Source: Fimicolochytrium jonesii (lineage: Eukaryota). Taken from it: a stretch of 64,000 bases of DNA. Positions 36,338 to 48,586 of the stretch are shown here, in pieces (position 1 is the stretch's first letter; every line of letters starts with the position of its first letter). Location of the stretch: NCBI RefSeq assembly GCF_025526975.1, contig NW_026515671.1, positions 992,001 to 1,056,000 on the forward strand, in the 5' to 3' direction. The notes below the pieces were generated by a model that had not been told where the DNA came from, did no database searches, and was given only the letters and a program-made list of their open reading frames with translations. The translations under genes and the position numbers were made by a program.

Positions 36338-37280
36338 TTGTTATCCTCGCTGATTTCCTTACGAAGGCTTCGAAAATGGTCTATGGTCCCAAATGATAAC
36401 CCTCCGCTGGAAAGAACCGTAAGTAACCCTTCAGCTTATCTCATGATCCGTTGTTTCAATGCCGATGGAGGCTTCTGGTGGCACATACCTAACTTAGCTC
36501 TTGCTGGGTGGGTGGCAAGTCGCTATTCCATGCAGCTCGTGGTCCTTTTTGAATCCGGCGTCTATCAGGAACGCAACCCTGTATATCTCACGGAGTACAA
36601 GGATGTCATCGGCGGTGAAAGGAATTGGTTCCATTACTATTTCGAGCCCCTTTTGCCAGTGAACAAGCGACCCCTATGTGGCGCTTTCACTTTCAAGTTC
36701 GGAACGGCTTCTCTCGGCGAACAAAAGTTCCTCATCCCTGGTGCATTTTATGAGTTTGATCGAGTGACCTTCGAGTCCGTCAGGAACGTTGCCGCACCCT
36801 GGCGGAGACTTTTCGATACGTTCTGCGTGCCACGGCGACATGTATCCTCCGCAGTAGAACTTCATTATGTAGAACATATGAGAGACTTCTTCAACATCGG
36901 GATCCACTGGCGTGGGACCGACAAGTACGAGTGGATGGCTGACGCTATTCAGAAGAAGATCACAGCGCATAGGGGGGGTAGGGTTTCCCTGCTTCTATGT
37001 TCGGATGAACAGCCATTCATCCATTTCATGCACGAAAGGTTCCCCAAGATTTCTCATGCCACCGCCAGTATTCGTTCCACAGTGAACACCGGCGGGTTGA
37101 AACTTGACGGATCCAAGTGTCACAGTGAGATCGATTATGAAAAGGTCTCCGACTGTCAGAAAGAAACGTGAGATGCGAGGAACGTCTGTTCATTTAGGTA
37201 TGCAAGATGAGAGCTCATACAAGAAGGGGTTCGACGTTTTACTGGATGTACTACTCCTTTCACGGTGCGCCCGTTGCTGA
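36338..37280 (+). pseudogene. NodZ-like / GT23-type alpha-1,6-fucosyltransferase, +1 frameshift near 37170
   Basis: 'GGFWW...NWFHYYFEP'; motif I 'IGIHWRGTDK'; motif II 'LLCSDEQPFI'; motif III in the next frame at 37173-37280 'SVHLG...SYKKGFDVLLDVLLLSRC'. A likely Met start is at ~36443 or ~36377. Confidence 0.72.
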
Positions 37281-37689
37281 TCTCAGACTCCCATGCTGTC
37301 TTTGCATCACGTGGACATATATTTTCTCTGAGAGATCCCTCGAAGCAGGAACAAACGGCTGCCTCTCAGAGTAGTTGCTGTGCTGGAAGATGGATTCATG
37401 ATCATATGATAGTACCAGTGCGTCAGTGAACAGCAACGGTTCGCAATGGAGGAATGTATTCAAAACTACTCAAGAGTCAAGAACGACGGGCGTCAGAAAA
37501 CTGACATCGATTGCGTCAGCATGACAGTACCGTCCATAACGCGCGCGTCATCTCGTAAGCAAACCAAACTCCGCTCCCTTTGGGTAATATGGCCAAGTCT
37601 CGCGAAGCCCGCATCGTTTCATCTTTTGATCTTCGTCACTCGGCCATAATCGGTCAATGTCATTTCCACTGAGATCTCCCTTTCCACAT

Positions 37690-39810
37690 GATAACAACGT
37701 CCGTGGCTCCACTTACGCAATACGCGAAACCTTTTCGCATCTCGTCTCCATCTCGCATATCACTGGTTTGCCAACCCGTTCCGCTGCATCTATCTCGTCG
37801 TCCTCTTCCTCAGGATTAACTGCGTCGCTGAAATCATTGCTCGTTTTGCTACGGTATTCTCAGTGCGACACCATTCGCCATCCAATATCATAACTTGATA
37901 CTCTGTCGCTTTGCAGGCATGCCTCACTCTCGAATATCCGTTCATATTCGTAATAACCTTTGGTGCCTTGTTGGTGTGCGTAGCCGACCAGGTATGTCCT
38001 TGTAGAGCGGTTGGTCATCTTGTCCCGGCCCTTGGGTGGAAAGACCGTATACGCGAGACATCCGAGCTTGCGAGGATAACTTGTACCCGCAGAGGAGCAA
38101 CCACAAATGGAAGCTTTTCTCGCAAATAGTGCCGTCCAAGCTTTCTGTTTTCTCCTCTCTCCCAAACCCGCTAGACTCCACAGCGTCCAAATCCGCCGGG
38201 TCTATGAGAAGCGCGCGGGCGCCGAACCCTCCTGCCTCCCATCCTTCTTCGTGCGTATTTGTCTCTTTTTCTCGTCGCTGCATCGTGTCTATTTCGCCAC
38301 ACTTGACAGCCCACGCAATCGGCACTCCACCACCCGGCTTCGACACTCGCGCAAACACAAGTTGCCGTCTCGCCCAAATCACCGCTCTTGGCAACTCACT
38401 CGCCGCTTTAGACAATCTACTTTGCACATTCGCAAATTTGACATGCGACGTTGGCACTCCGCTTATTTGACATGACAAGAACTCCTCGAGACCTGATTCC
38501 TTCGGGATAAGTAGGCAGCGCCTTCGAGCGTCCGGTCTTTCGCCCATCCGCATTCGACCATTCGCCTTCGGCGATTGACCGCCATTCGCCAGTTGAACTT
38601 CTCCATTTCGAGTTCGACATTGCCGCTGTCGATTATACGCCTTCCCCCACATCAGCATCGCCCGTCCGTCATTTGCCTCGTCATCGAAGAACTACGTGTG
38701 ACATGATTCCTTCCCGGGATACGTAGACAGCGCTCTTTTGGGGCGTTCGGTCATCGCCGCACTTGAAGTTGATGATTCATTGCATTCGCTGAGTTCGTAT
38801 CTTTGGTTCTTCAACAAAACCCATTGAACATCTCGCCACATTCCCTATTCGCTTCCTGCTTATTCTTCCGGCATACTCGACTCTTAGCTGCTACCGATTG
38901 ATGAGCAGTTCAGAATGTCATCCTTCTCCGATCCTTGAACTACTGAGACCTGATTCTTCCCCTGCGCTTCGGCAGAGAATGAGTAGGCAGGGCGCTCTAT
39001 GGTACTCGCTCGTCGGCAATCTATCCTTCCGTCTACCGCACTCATCGGCTTTACATTTGCGCATCAGACATTAACACTCTGGTTTTTCGTCTTCCCATCC
39101 CGACTTCCTCAGGAAAGCGCGACACGTCTTCTGTAGCCCGACCAGGGCACGTTCCTCCAACTCGCCACGCATCCTCATCAATCTCTCGCTTGTTCCTGAG
39201 TCAGATTCGCCGCAAGGTAGGGCACTCTAGTTCCCATCACCCCGCATGTTGTCCACCTCTTCTTCACACTACCCATAGATCGGCGGCAGCCCTCGAAGCA
39301 AGCTACATCTCGAGTCCTTCCCCCGATCTGACCCTCTCCACTTCCTTTCCCAGCAGACCGCAAGCATCGGATATAAGTACGTGCTCTGGCTTCACACATC
39401 GTTGGCCATACTACCAGGCCATATTTCTTTCTTTCCTCCACGCAGATCTGCGGCAAGCCTCGATCGATTGACTACTCTGTTTTCACATCGCTGTGCGTGT
39501 TTATCATTGTTTCTCTTGATTTCCCGTCGCATTTTCGCGAGGAGTTTCGATATACTGGCATGCCTTCCTCAGACCCGCCATGCTTATCACCGTATCTGTT
39601 CCTTCACCCTTGCTGATTTCCGGCAAGCTGCGGTCTTGATAGCCCGGTATACCTTCTTCGCCTGTGTCTGCTGTACGCACGCTGAGTGACTGCTGGCCTG
39701 CCATACGCTGCTAGAGTCTGTCACGGATGCATCTGCTGGATCAAATGATAGTCGTCTTTTATGCAGGTTCCCCGGGGCCTTTCACAGTAACACTCTGGTT
39801 TAACTGACTT
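37690..39810 (-). mobile_element. Decayed Ty1/Copia retrotransposon pol (integrase core and C-terminal SH3-like region), partly reiterated
   Basis: 'SPKANGR...RCLLIPKESGLEEF' (~38570-38480); 'LGCLAYTVFPPKGRDKMTNRSTRTYLVGYA...TKGY' (38068-37950), matching the Copia FGC.AY..P..R.KL..R....FVGY....KGY pattern; 'EPRT' (~37705). No LTRs or RT recognised. Confidence 0.62.
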
Positions 39811-40234
39811 TCCGAGTCCGTCGGACCTTCACCTTGTGAATGAGACACAAAGGGAGTTGCCTCTTTTCCTTCCTTCCCGCGAACGAGCATATCTATCCTT
39901 TTGGTTTTGATTTGATAGATAGTTTGGCCTGCGTAGCGCTGGATGGCGGAAGCAAAGGTAAGCTCCGATCAAGAAGCCATGCGAACGGATAGCACTCTGA
40001 AGGAAGGGGAGGGTATACCGGAGCCAAGGGTCGCCGAGCTCTGAAGTCTCCGAAGCCCGTTGTTGGAAGGCACTTGCGCCAGTGCTGCAACGAGCCTTTT
40101 CGTCGACTGTCATGGAGTCGAGATGGGATCCTGGGTGAAATCCCTGCGAAGTCTCCCGCGTTCACCTTTTCACTTTCACCTTTTTCGACCACCAGAACGA
40201 CAGCTGCATAGCTACCTACCCCTGCCACGGGACA

Positions 40235-41311
40235 ATGCTCTTCCTGCACAGCACAAGAAGTCGGGTCGTGGTCCGGCCGTTCTTCAGGCAGGTCGTTTCA
40301 TTACCACCGCTTACCCTCCAATGCCAATGGCGGCGACTCAACAACTCAACTCCTGCACCAAAGCTCGTCTCCAAAACCCAACCAACAGCACGCAAACCTT
40401 CACCCACCGCAACAGTATCCGGCTCACCACCACCGACCTCCACCCTCGCCCTCCCCGCCGCCGACCCAACGCATCTCAAAGTGTACGTCCTCCCCACCGT
40501 CCACAACAAGTACGTCTTTCACAGCCGGTTCCTCCGCCCGCGCACCCGCTGGGAACGCTTCGCCCTCATCTCCGCCTACGTGCTACGCAAATGGCGGTAC
40601 CAGGTTGCCGACGTTGCGGCATTCGCATGGCATGCTATTGGTGGGGCCGGTAACGCGCGGAGGGACTCGGCTGGGGGGAGAATGATGCTCAAGGCATGGA
40701 TGCTGGGTAACCGCTGGACGACGCGGCGAGCCGCCGACGAGTACTTTCTGAAGACGGTGCCGCGGATAACCCAGCACGTGGAGTTCATCTACCCGTCCAG
40801 CGCGAATGCGAGGGCGGTCAAGGCGCAGGTTGGGGAGTACCTCGCGAATCGGGATCGACACCGACGGCGGTTGTTCCTGTGGTCGTTGGCGCTGCCGAGT
40901 TCGCTGTATATCGCAAAGTTCCACGTAACAGTCGCTAATGTGTTTTTCACGTACAACGTGTTCCGGATCAATGCGGCGTGGAGGGCGATGTATGGCGGGC
41001 AGACGTTGCAGAAGCTGGTGGATGCGAGGAAGGTTACGTGGACGAGCAGCAAAGAACTGGATGGGATTATTCGGAGGGGGAGTGAGGAAGTTTCGAGGAG
41101 GATGGAGGCCGAGATGGGGTCGTCATCGGCTGTAAATGGCGACCCTGAGGGCGTGGCACGACAGGTGTGGAGGTGGAACGAAAATGGCGATATCCATGAT
41201 GAGGTCGTGGAGAAGCTGGAAAAGGAGCTAAAGGCGGTTGAGTTGAGCAGGACTTACCGGCGGACGAGGCTGCAGTACGTGGCACATAACGGCAAGGAAG
41301 AGTACGAATGA
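40235..41311 (+). CDS. Mitochondrial K+/H+ exchange-related protein (Mit_KHE1 / Ydl183c-Mrx19-like), single exon, 358 aa
   Basis: Arg/Ser-rich presequence-like N-terminus; 'DEYFLKTVP...EFIYPS', 'HRRRL..S...LP', 'NVFFTYNVFR...WRA..G...L..L'. Confidence 0.7.
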   Translation: MLFLHSTRSRVVVRPFFRQVVSLPPLTLQCQWRRLNNSTPAPKLVSKTQPTARKPSPTATVSGSPPPTSTLALPAADPTHLKVYVLPTVHNKYVFHSRFLRPRTRWERFALISAYVLRKWRYQVADVAAFAWHAIGGAGNARRDSAGGRMMLKAWMLGNRWTTRRAADEYFLKTVPRITQHVEFIYPSSANARAVKAQVGEYLANRDRHRRRLFLWSLALPSSLYIAKFHVTVANVFFTYNVFRINAAWRAMYGGQTLQKLVDARKVTWTSSKELDGIIRRGSEEVSRRMEAEMGSSSAVNGDPEGVARQVWRWNENGDIHDEVVEKLEKELKAVELSRTYRRTRLQYVAHNGKEEYE

Positions 41312-41569
41312 TTCACCTACAGGTTCTCGGAGACAGATGTCGCGAATACCAACGTGGGATAGTAGGCGTAGTGACATCTCATTAGTATTTATCAATCTAG
41401 CGTAAGAGGAAATGCTGTCAAGCAACCGTCAACGTAGAGATTCTTGTCTTGACATCATCTTCGAGCCCATAATCTAGATGTTCATCGAATATGAACTTCA
41501 CAGTCGATCGATCGAACGAGCATTGCACTAGAAGTCACACTGGGACTATGGACCTTCGTCATCTCCTTC

Positions 41570-41950
41570 CTCAGCAAGGATTTCTGGCGGTGGTTTCCGT
41601 CGCTGGCCCGAGTAAATAATTCAAATAGGCTAACGAAGGCATGGAAAAGGATTGATTCAGTATTCGTTTCATTCCAAGCGAGGCTTCATCTTGAGTCCGC
41701 GTTACTGCTATCCAGCGCGTCGGAATGGTTGTTGCAATCCTGACAGCGACTGCCATCGGTTATAACCGCAATGGACCGGAACGGGATTTTTTCCGCGGGC
41801 GCTGGTAGACACGCAGCGCATCCAAGTACCGAGCTTCGTACAAAGACAGACAAAGCATCGCTGCAAACATAGCAGGAGGGGTTGCCGAGACCGCCCATGT
41901 CGTCGCGGAAAATGACCGGAAACAAGCACACGTAAGCAAGTTCAGTTTTG
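41570..41950 (-). mobile_element. Possible decayed hAT transposase fragment
   Basis: Minus-strand pieces in the expected order, 'AVS..PAMFAA', 'LGCAA' and 'IPTRW', in different frames. Confidence 0.25.
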
Positions 41951-43828
41951 ACGCGTCTCGCGAAAGCTGCAACTCCGACATGCGATGCCATGCCAAACCC
42001 ACATTGTCCCATTGAAACCCCAACCCGTCCGTACGCCGCTACTCCGTCCAACGCTGTGTCAGCCCGCTATACCGTCCATAATGGCTGTGACGCCTGCGAA
42101 GCCCCTCACCTCACCAACGATTAGGCATGTACATTTTCCCAAGGGCTATCCGTCATCTCGTCCGATGCTCATCTCTGTCTTTCCCCATCCTTCCCACTAC
42201 ACCAAGGTCACATATAACTCCTTAATGCCGTTTGAGGTAATGCGAGCGCTCACGCTGTCACTGTTTTTTCTAGCTTTCTTTCGGTAATGGCGGACATAGG
42301 GCTGTTGCGGAGGCAACTGGAGGAAGCGAGACGCGGACGCACAGATTTTCCACTTGAGTGATATGGAGCTTCGGATTTCGATACAGTAACCTACTGTGAG
42401 GCCAAGACGGCAACTGAGCGAATCGGTAGTGACCTGGCGTTCAATCACCCCGCCCAAACCATACTCCATGTGATGTGTGCAACCTATCATTCAGCCAACC
42501 CCACCAACCCCAGAGCAGCCTCATGCAGGGGGTTCTGATGCAGCTTAACGAAGAACTGAACGGCAACATAACTGCAGCAAAGTCGGATAATGATGAAGAG
42601 AGAAGCGCGTGAGGGACACCGAAGGCATGGCTACAGCGGCGATGTTGGCACAAAGGTGGAACGGAGGGATGGAGGAGAAGGCAAACAATCTCCTTCCCCA
42701 CACTACCTCACGGCTGGCGTGGAAGTGGGGTCATGCACCACCTGCCGGAGCATTCCCAATATCTTTGAGTTTTCAAGCATGCGTCGTGCACGCAGGCAGG
42801 CATTGGGATCCCTTCAACATTCAGGAATCTGCTGAGAAAACAAAATCGAATCCAACCATCCCCTGTGTGCATACCCTCCGCGTATCCATAGAGTGCGCGA
42901 AACTACTGAAGGTGAACATAGATATTCCCAAAACATGACAGCGGTTGTAGAACAAACCGGAGACCATTCGCGTTTCAAAGGGGCAAGACTTGGAAGACCA
43001 GAAACGCGTTTTCGCGTTTTCTTGGATGACACAATCTATACTGTCAAAATGCTGTCAAAGGTTACATTTCACGCGTTTCATATAGGGCATGGCTGACATA
43101 AAGGGTGAGAATGCTCTCCTACACGTAAGTTGCCTCCTTGAGCATCCGAGTCCGCTGCTTTACCCTCCGCGACGCCCCCTCAAACTCCCCATCGCTGCGC
43201 ACAACATTCCGCATCCCTTCTGTTAGTATGGCAACAAAACAAATCGGCATGTCGGATATAGCTGTCAAATTTCTTGACCCTGAGTCGGCCATCATGGAGA
43301 TCATGGTCCTTGCTCGTGGGCCAGTGCCTTGACGTTTGCACTATTTTTGAATGACGAATAAGATTTCCGCGAGCATCCTCGATGTGTCTGGTGGCACAGA
43401 GTAAAGCTGTGTATGGAAGTGGGGGTGAGCACGCTGACAGGAGTTCGACGGGAGAAGATGTAATCATCTGAAATTGGGGGCGATGCAGCTTGCCTCCTTG
43501 CGGTGTCTTCAATTTCATGCAATCGTGCCCAACTGCGTCTACATGTGCTTCCCTTCTGAACTTGAGATTTCCGAGATGGCTCGAGTTGGAGCACTCTTGC
43601 GGAACGCCGCCGCTATCGTTGAGTACATACAGTATAACGACCAAATGTCAGGGTGTTTGGTTGGTACATACAGTGAAGAACATACATAGTGAATCTAAAC
43701 AAACCCTCTAGATGAAAAGTCTCCCCCAAACCAAATCCGCCACAAAGTCCAAACTGGAACAGCCCACCAAAAAAAAAAAAGAGAAAACGGAAATGGGACA
43801 GAGACAACACTGGAGGCGAAAGGGATCG

Positions 43829-46800
43829 TCACCGACAAACAGCGGGATCCCCCGCAATGCCCTGCTTCCGCTGAAAGAACAAACTCAGCTCGGACCCGCC
43901 TTTCCAGAGATGATGCTTGACCGCGCCGAGGGTCATGTTCGGGTGTGCGACCTGAATAAACATTAAATGAAACCACAATCATTAGTCAACCTCGCTTTAC
44001 AACCCACACAGATGGAAGGGGAAGGTGCAGATCGGAGGTGTGTACATACCTTATCCTGACAAAGAATCTCAACGAAATCCTCAGGGTTGAACTCTCCGGC
44101 GGCTTCAGGGTTCTGGCGGCGCTGCTCGGGAGATGGCGCGAGGCCGAGTTTCTCAACGACAAAACCCATCAGTTTGCGCATTTTGAGCATGCGGTTGGCG
44201 CTTAAGCGTGTTCCACTGGAAAATGAAAATGTACAAAAGGGGTTATTCCAATGAAAGGAAGGGCAAGCAAAAAACGCGGGGAGGGGGGGGGGGGGGGGGG
44301 GAGAGAGAGGGGGAAGAAGAGAAACCTTTGCATACCTCCTAGGAATATCCGGCCCTGAATTCCCCGGCATCGGATACAACATAAATGCCACCTTCACATT
44401 CTCCTTCGGCATTACCGCCTTCCCCTGCACCGCCGCCTCAAATACCCACGTCGGCAGCACCGCCTGCAACTTCTCCACCTCCCCCATCCCTCCCATATCC
44501 CCCACTTTGCCTCTATACACATCCAAGAACGCCGCGGCCTCCTCCGACTCCTCGACGCTGATGATGACGCGCACGGTGGGGGGGATGGAGATGTGCGGGG
44601 TTTCGTCAGGGTTGAGGAAGCCGGAGGCGAAGAGAGTGCGCGGGGGGAGGATGATTGCGTGGGCGGAGTCGGTGCGTTTGGGAAGGTTGGGGCGACCGTG
44701 GAGGGAGTCGAGGGAGTCGGAGAGGGAGCTGGTGGAGGGTTGGGTGGTGTGGGACGAGTCGCGGGGTTCGTGTGGGGTTGATACTACGGCGGGGGTGGTA
44801 GTGCTTTGGAGGGAGGCGGAGTCGGGGTTCGAGGGTGTGTGGGGTCGCTTGTCGTCTGCTGGATCGGGCCCGTTGCTGCTGGTTCGGAGATGAGTCAAGT
44901 TACCCGCGGCGCCTTGCTTGTTGTTGTCCTTTTCAACAGGTCGGAGATTCGCAGTCTTCAGATCGTCGCTCCGGACGGAACTCGCTCGTCGTCTAACGTG
45001 CGTCTTCAACTTATCCATGAGCGATGCGTTCCGTTCCGGCCCTTTCGACGATGTAGCTGAAGTCTGTCGCGACCGCGAAAACTCGGGGGACGGCGGTAGA
45101 GGTGACACTTTTGCTGGGACGGCTTCCGCGGCCTCGATAGTATGAATCGGCTCCAGTTCCTGGACATGACCCTGCGCTTGCTTGTACAGCGAATGCATCG
45201 ACGACGCCTGGCTGAACGCTTCAGGTGGTGGATCGCTCATAGGCGGCGGCGGGACAGCAATGATGGCTTGACTTGACCCTCCCGCGCGATTCCGCGGCGG
45301 CATCCCTGGTTCCCGATCTTCGGGTATGCTATCATGACCTAGATTTTGTAGCGACGTTCTTGGGACCTCCCCAACCGCATCATTCGGACGTTCTTCAACG
45401 ATCCCACCCTCCGTCATCGCCGTTTCCAAGCTCAGCCGTGCAGGAAGGCTTGCCTCGTTGGACGATTCCTCGCTTTCGACTCCGTCCCTCCTTCCCAGTG
45501 GCTGCCTTCCAACGTCCGCATCACCTGAACTAGCGCTGTCGTCTGCAGGGAGATGGTACGCTGCGGTGAAGGCCTGGAAGAGGAGGGTTAGAACCCATTT
45601 ACCGATGTTGACTACGGTGACAATAGTAAGCTAGTGAGATTGCGTTGATTGACGCTTGGAATTATTCAGTTTGGCCTACTTCTCTGCTCCTCGGCTTCCG
45701 GCGGCTCCTCCACACCGCTGTCCTCATGGAATATCTCGCCTTCAAAGCATCGCGCTTCGTCAAGATGCACAACAAGCGACTACAAAACCGCCCATTCTCT
45801 TAGCCATCTTCGTAAAGACCGAAAATCGATACAGGTATCAGAACAGCACCACCTACCCCATTATGTATATCAACCGAGCACCACTGCGACACCCAATCAA
45901 TCGGGTTTTGACATTTCTCCAGCGCTTCAGTGAACGTGCAATCGAATGCCTGCAGCTTGACGCAGCGCACAATGTCCCATAGCACGACCTCGTTGGCGGT
46001 GTTTTGGGTAAGGACGTGGCGTTTGTTGTTTAGCATCACGAATCTGTTGATTCCCGGTGTGCCTGAAACAGATCGCACTTCCATTAGCGTACTGATCCTG
46101 GCGGCCATGAAAAACGATTCGCACGGTTGTAAACCTTTGATAACACCATCAGGCTCCTTCCACGCAGGTTCCACAGCCGGCGCCGTATCCGGCCTCAACA
46201 CATCCATCGACATGGCATAAACCGAAGTAGCCGCATCCTTCCGTCGATTAAACAACGACATGCGCTCGCTCGCGTTCATCGAGAAGGGGCGGTAGCTGCG
46301 CAGGGTGCTGGCTTCGTCGAGGTCTTTGGAGTGCGGGATGGTTAGCATGGCTTTGCGGGGGATGATGACGCGTTCCGACTCGTCGGCGGGGTCGTAGGTG
46401 CGCCCGGATTCTAGGAAGTCGGTGTGCTGGAAGGGGATGTCGCGCTGTTGAGGAAGCATGGGTGAGGTGGGGATCTCGGGGACGGTTGTCAATGTTTAAG
46501 GGCTCTCGCCTTACCCAGCGATTCACTTTCGCATTAGACGTCGCTGTCCAGATGTACAGATCGTTTATAGCAACCACCTGCGCAACCCACCAATCAGATC
46601 ATTGCAAAACACAACCATCAACCGCCCAGCAAGTAAGCGTCTCTAACCTTGTGCACCGGCCCATCCTCCTTGCAAACCGCCACGACCTCCAGCAGATCAT
46701 CCGACGTATCCAGCGTCTTTGACCTTGACACCTTTGTGACCCATCCATCCTTGCCGCCCGTCCAGAAGGTATCCAGATCGGGGTCCGTGGAGTAGAGAGA

Positions 46801-48586
46801 GTACACCGAGTCCTCGAAATGCGAATATGTGTGCATGCATTTGTGGGATTCTAGGGACCACATTTTGACTGTGGAGTCGCAGGAAGATGAAAGGACCTAC
46901 GGGTTCGAGGGTTTTTAGAACGAAATCAAGCGCGGGATATTGGGATGCAGGTGGTCGGTCATACCCGTCGACCATCGTCGCTGACAAGCAGGGAGCGAAT
47001 GTTCTCGGTATGTCCTTGTAAGCGCATAACGTTCTTGCCTGCGCGGAAGTCCCACACGCGTACGCACTGCGTGATAGAGCAATGTCAGCGAGGCTACGCC
47101 TACAGAGCGGTAGAGTAATCCCAGTCCCTCTGCGACACGGACCTTATCCGGTGACCCTGACACCAGTACGGAGCCTCCGGGGTTGCAAGCAAGCGAGTAG
47201 ATGGATGCGGTCGGGGACTCCTCGTTGAGCAGAACTAGAAGGAACAAGTTGTTATGATTGGAGGCATAACCAGATGCGGATGTACCAATCCTCACACCTT
47301 CAGGAGTCTCCGATATCGACAGTGTCCCCACCGGCCCCCGGCCCTCGCCCAAATCCCACAGCAGAATCCGATGGTCCAACCCCCCAGACGCGACCCAGCC
47401 GCGATGCGGGGAATACGCTAAGCAACGGACATAGTCATAGTGATGACCGATGATGTGCGGCATGCTGTTTTGCGTTGTTGTGCTGGCGATACACACGGTC
47501 CGGTCGCTCGAGGCGGAAATTACTGTACAGCGACTGCAACGGTGAGCATACACGGGGTGAAGGACGAGGAGAAAGAAATTGGAGACGTGTGCATACTATG
47601 TTGATTGTTGTTACAGAGGACTAAGTCGTTTATCCAGTCGCTGTGGTGTTGATACGTGCGTCTTAACGTCGTTGGTGGTGTGGATGTCTGCAAACAGGCT
47701 CCAGTCAGAGGTGCTCGTGATAACCAATCATACGACAGCACCACTCTGAACTGCTGCATACCCCTAAAAATCTGTGGTGCTTCGGTCCCCTATCCACGCT
47801 CATCGCCGACTCACTCCTACTCATCAGCGCAAAGTTGTGATGCGACGCAGGCGACCCCCCAAACGTAATGCTCCGTTTGTCTCTAGTCAAACCCGTCTCC
47901 CTCTTTGCAAAATCGACTTGATGATGTATATGTAGCCCATTCGCCGGACGCCGGTCGGTCTCCATCCGAGCATCGCGGTGATCCCCCCAATCCTTTCTGT
48001 CCTGCAGACTGATTGGTGAAATCGGAGAACTGGGTGGTGACGATGAGATAGAATGGTCTCCAAGCATCTGCCCCACCGTATCCAGCGCTGCAGGGGAGTC
48101 CACCATCGAGTGTCTGTTACTGCCCCCCTCTCTCTGTGGTTCATCGGAGGGATAGATCATCGAATGTCGAGACGACGCCGCAAACTTTGAGGTCACTTGC
48201 GTTCTGTTTCGTCGAGCGCTCGCCCTCGACCACGATGAGACCTCCCTCGACGCTCCGCTGCCCCCTCCTACACTGAGGCTCTGCTGCTGAGGCGACCCGT
48301 AATACGAGTCGACGCGGTCCTTTTCCATTCGTGAGTGACGTTCGCGCCATCTCGCTTCCCGTTGTTCCGCGAGCTGGTTCTGCTTTGCGAAATCGATGTG
48401 GCAGTCCCATGAATTCACTATCGTGTCCCTCCCTCCTGTGAACAGAATGCCTCCGGGTGCTCCGTCCGGTTCTGTCGGGGTCGTCTCGTCGAGCGCGAGA
48501 GCGTTGATGCCCGAGCGATGGAGTTGACGGTCCCCATAGTCTTCTCTTATGGAGTAGGAGACTCGGGTCTTGGACGACCGCGGCAT
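43829..48586 (-). CDS. WD40-repeat protein WDR48/UAF1 (Duf1/CreC-Bun107-like) with C-terminal SUMO-like DUF3337, multi-exon
   Basis: 'RVSYSIR...HRSGINAL...LFTGGRD', 'HHSDWINDLVL', 'HYDYVRCLA', 'LNNKRHVLT...V.LWDI', 'WCSVD', 'RLSANRML..RK...FV.EKL', 'EILCQDK|V..PNMTLGAVKHHLWKGG'. Confidence 0.9.

Noticed and set aside
37168..37197. Intron rescuing the NodZ-like ORF
   Set aside because: Only 30 nt and a multiple of 3, so it stays in the frame that stops at ~37210 and misses motif III.
17561..48586. USP8-like DUB and WDR48 as a functional gene pair
   Set aside because: They are more than 20 kb apart with unrelated genes between, and WDR48 partners are the USP1/12/46 class, not USP8.
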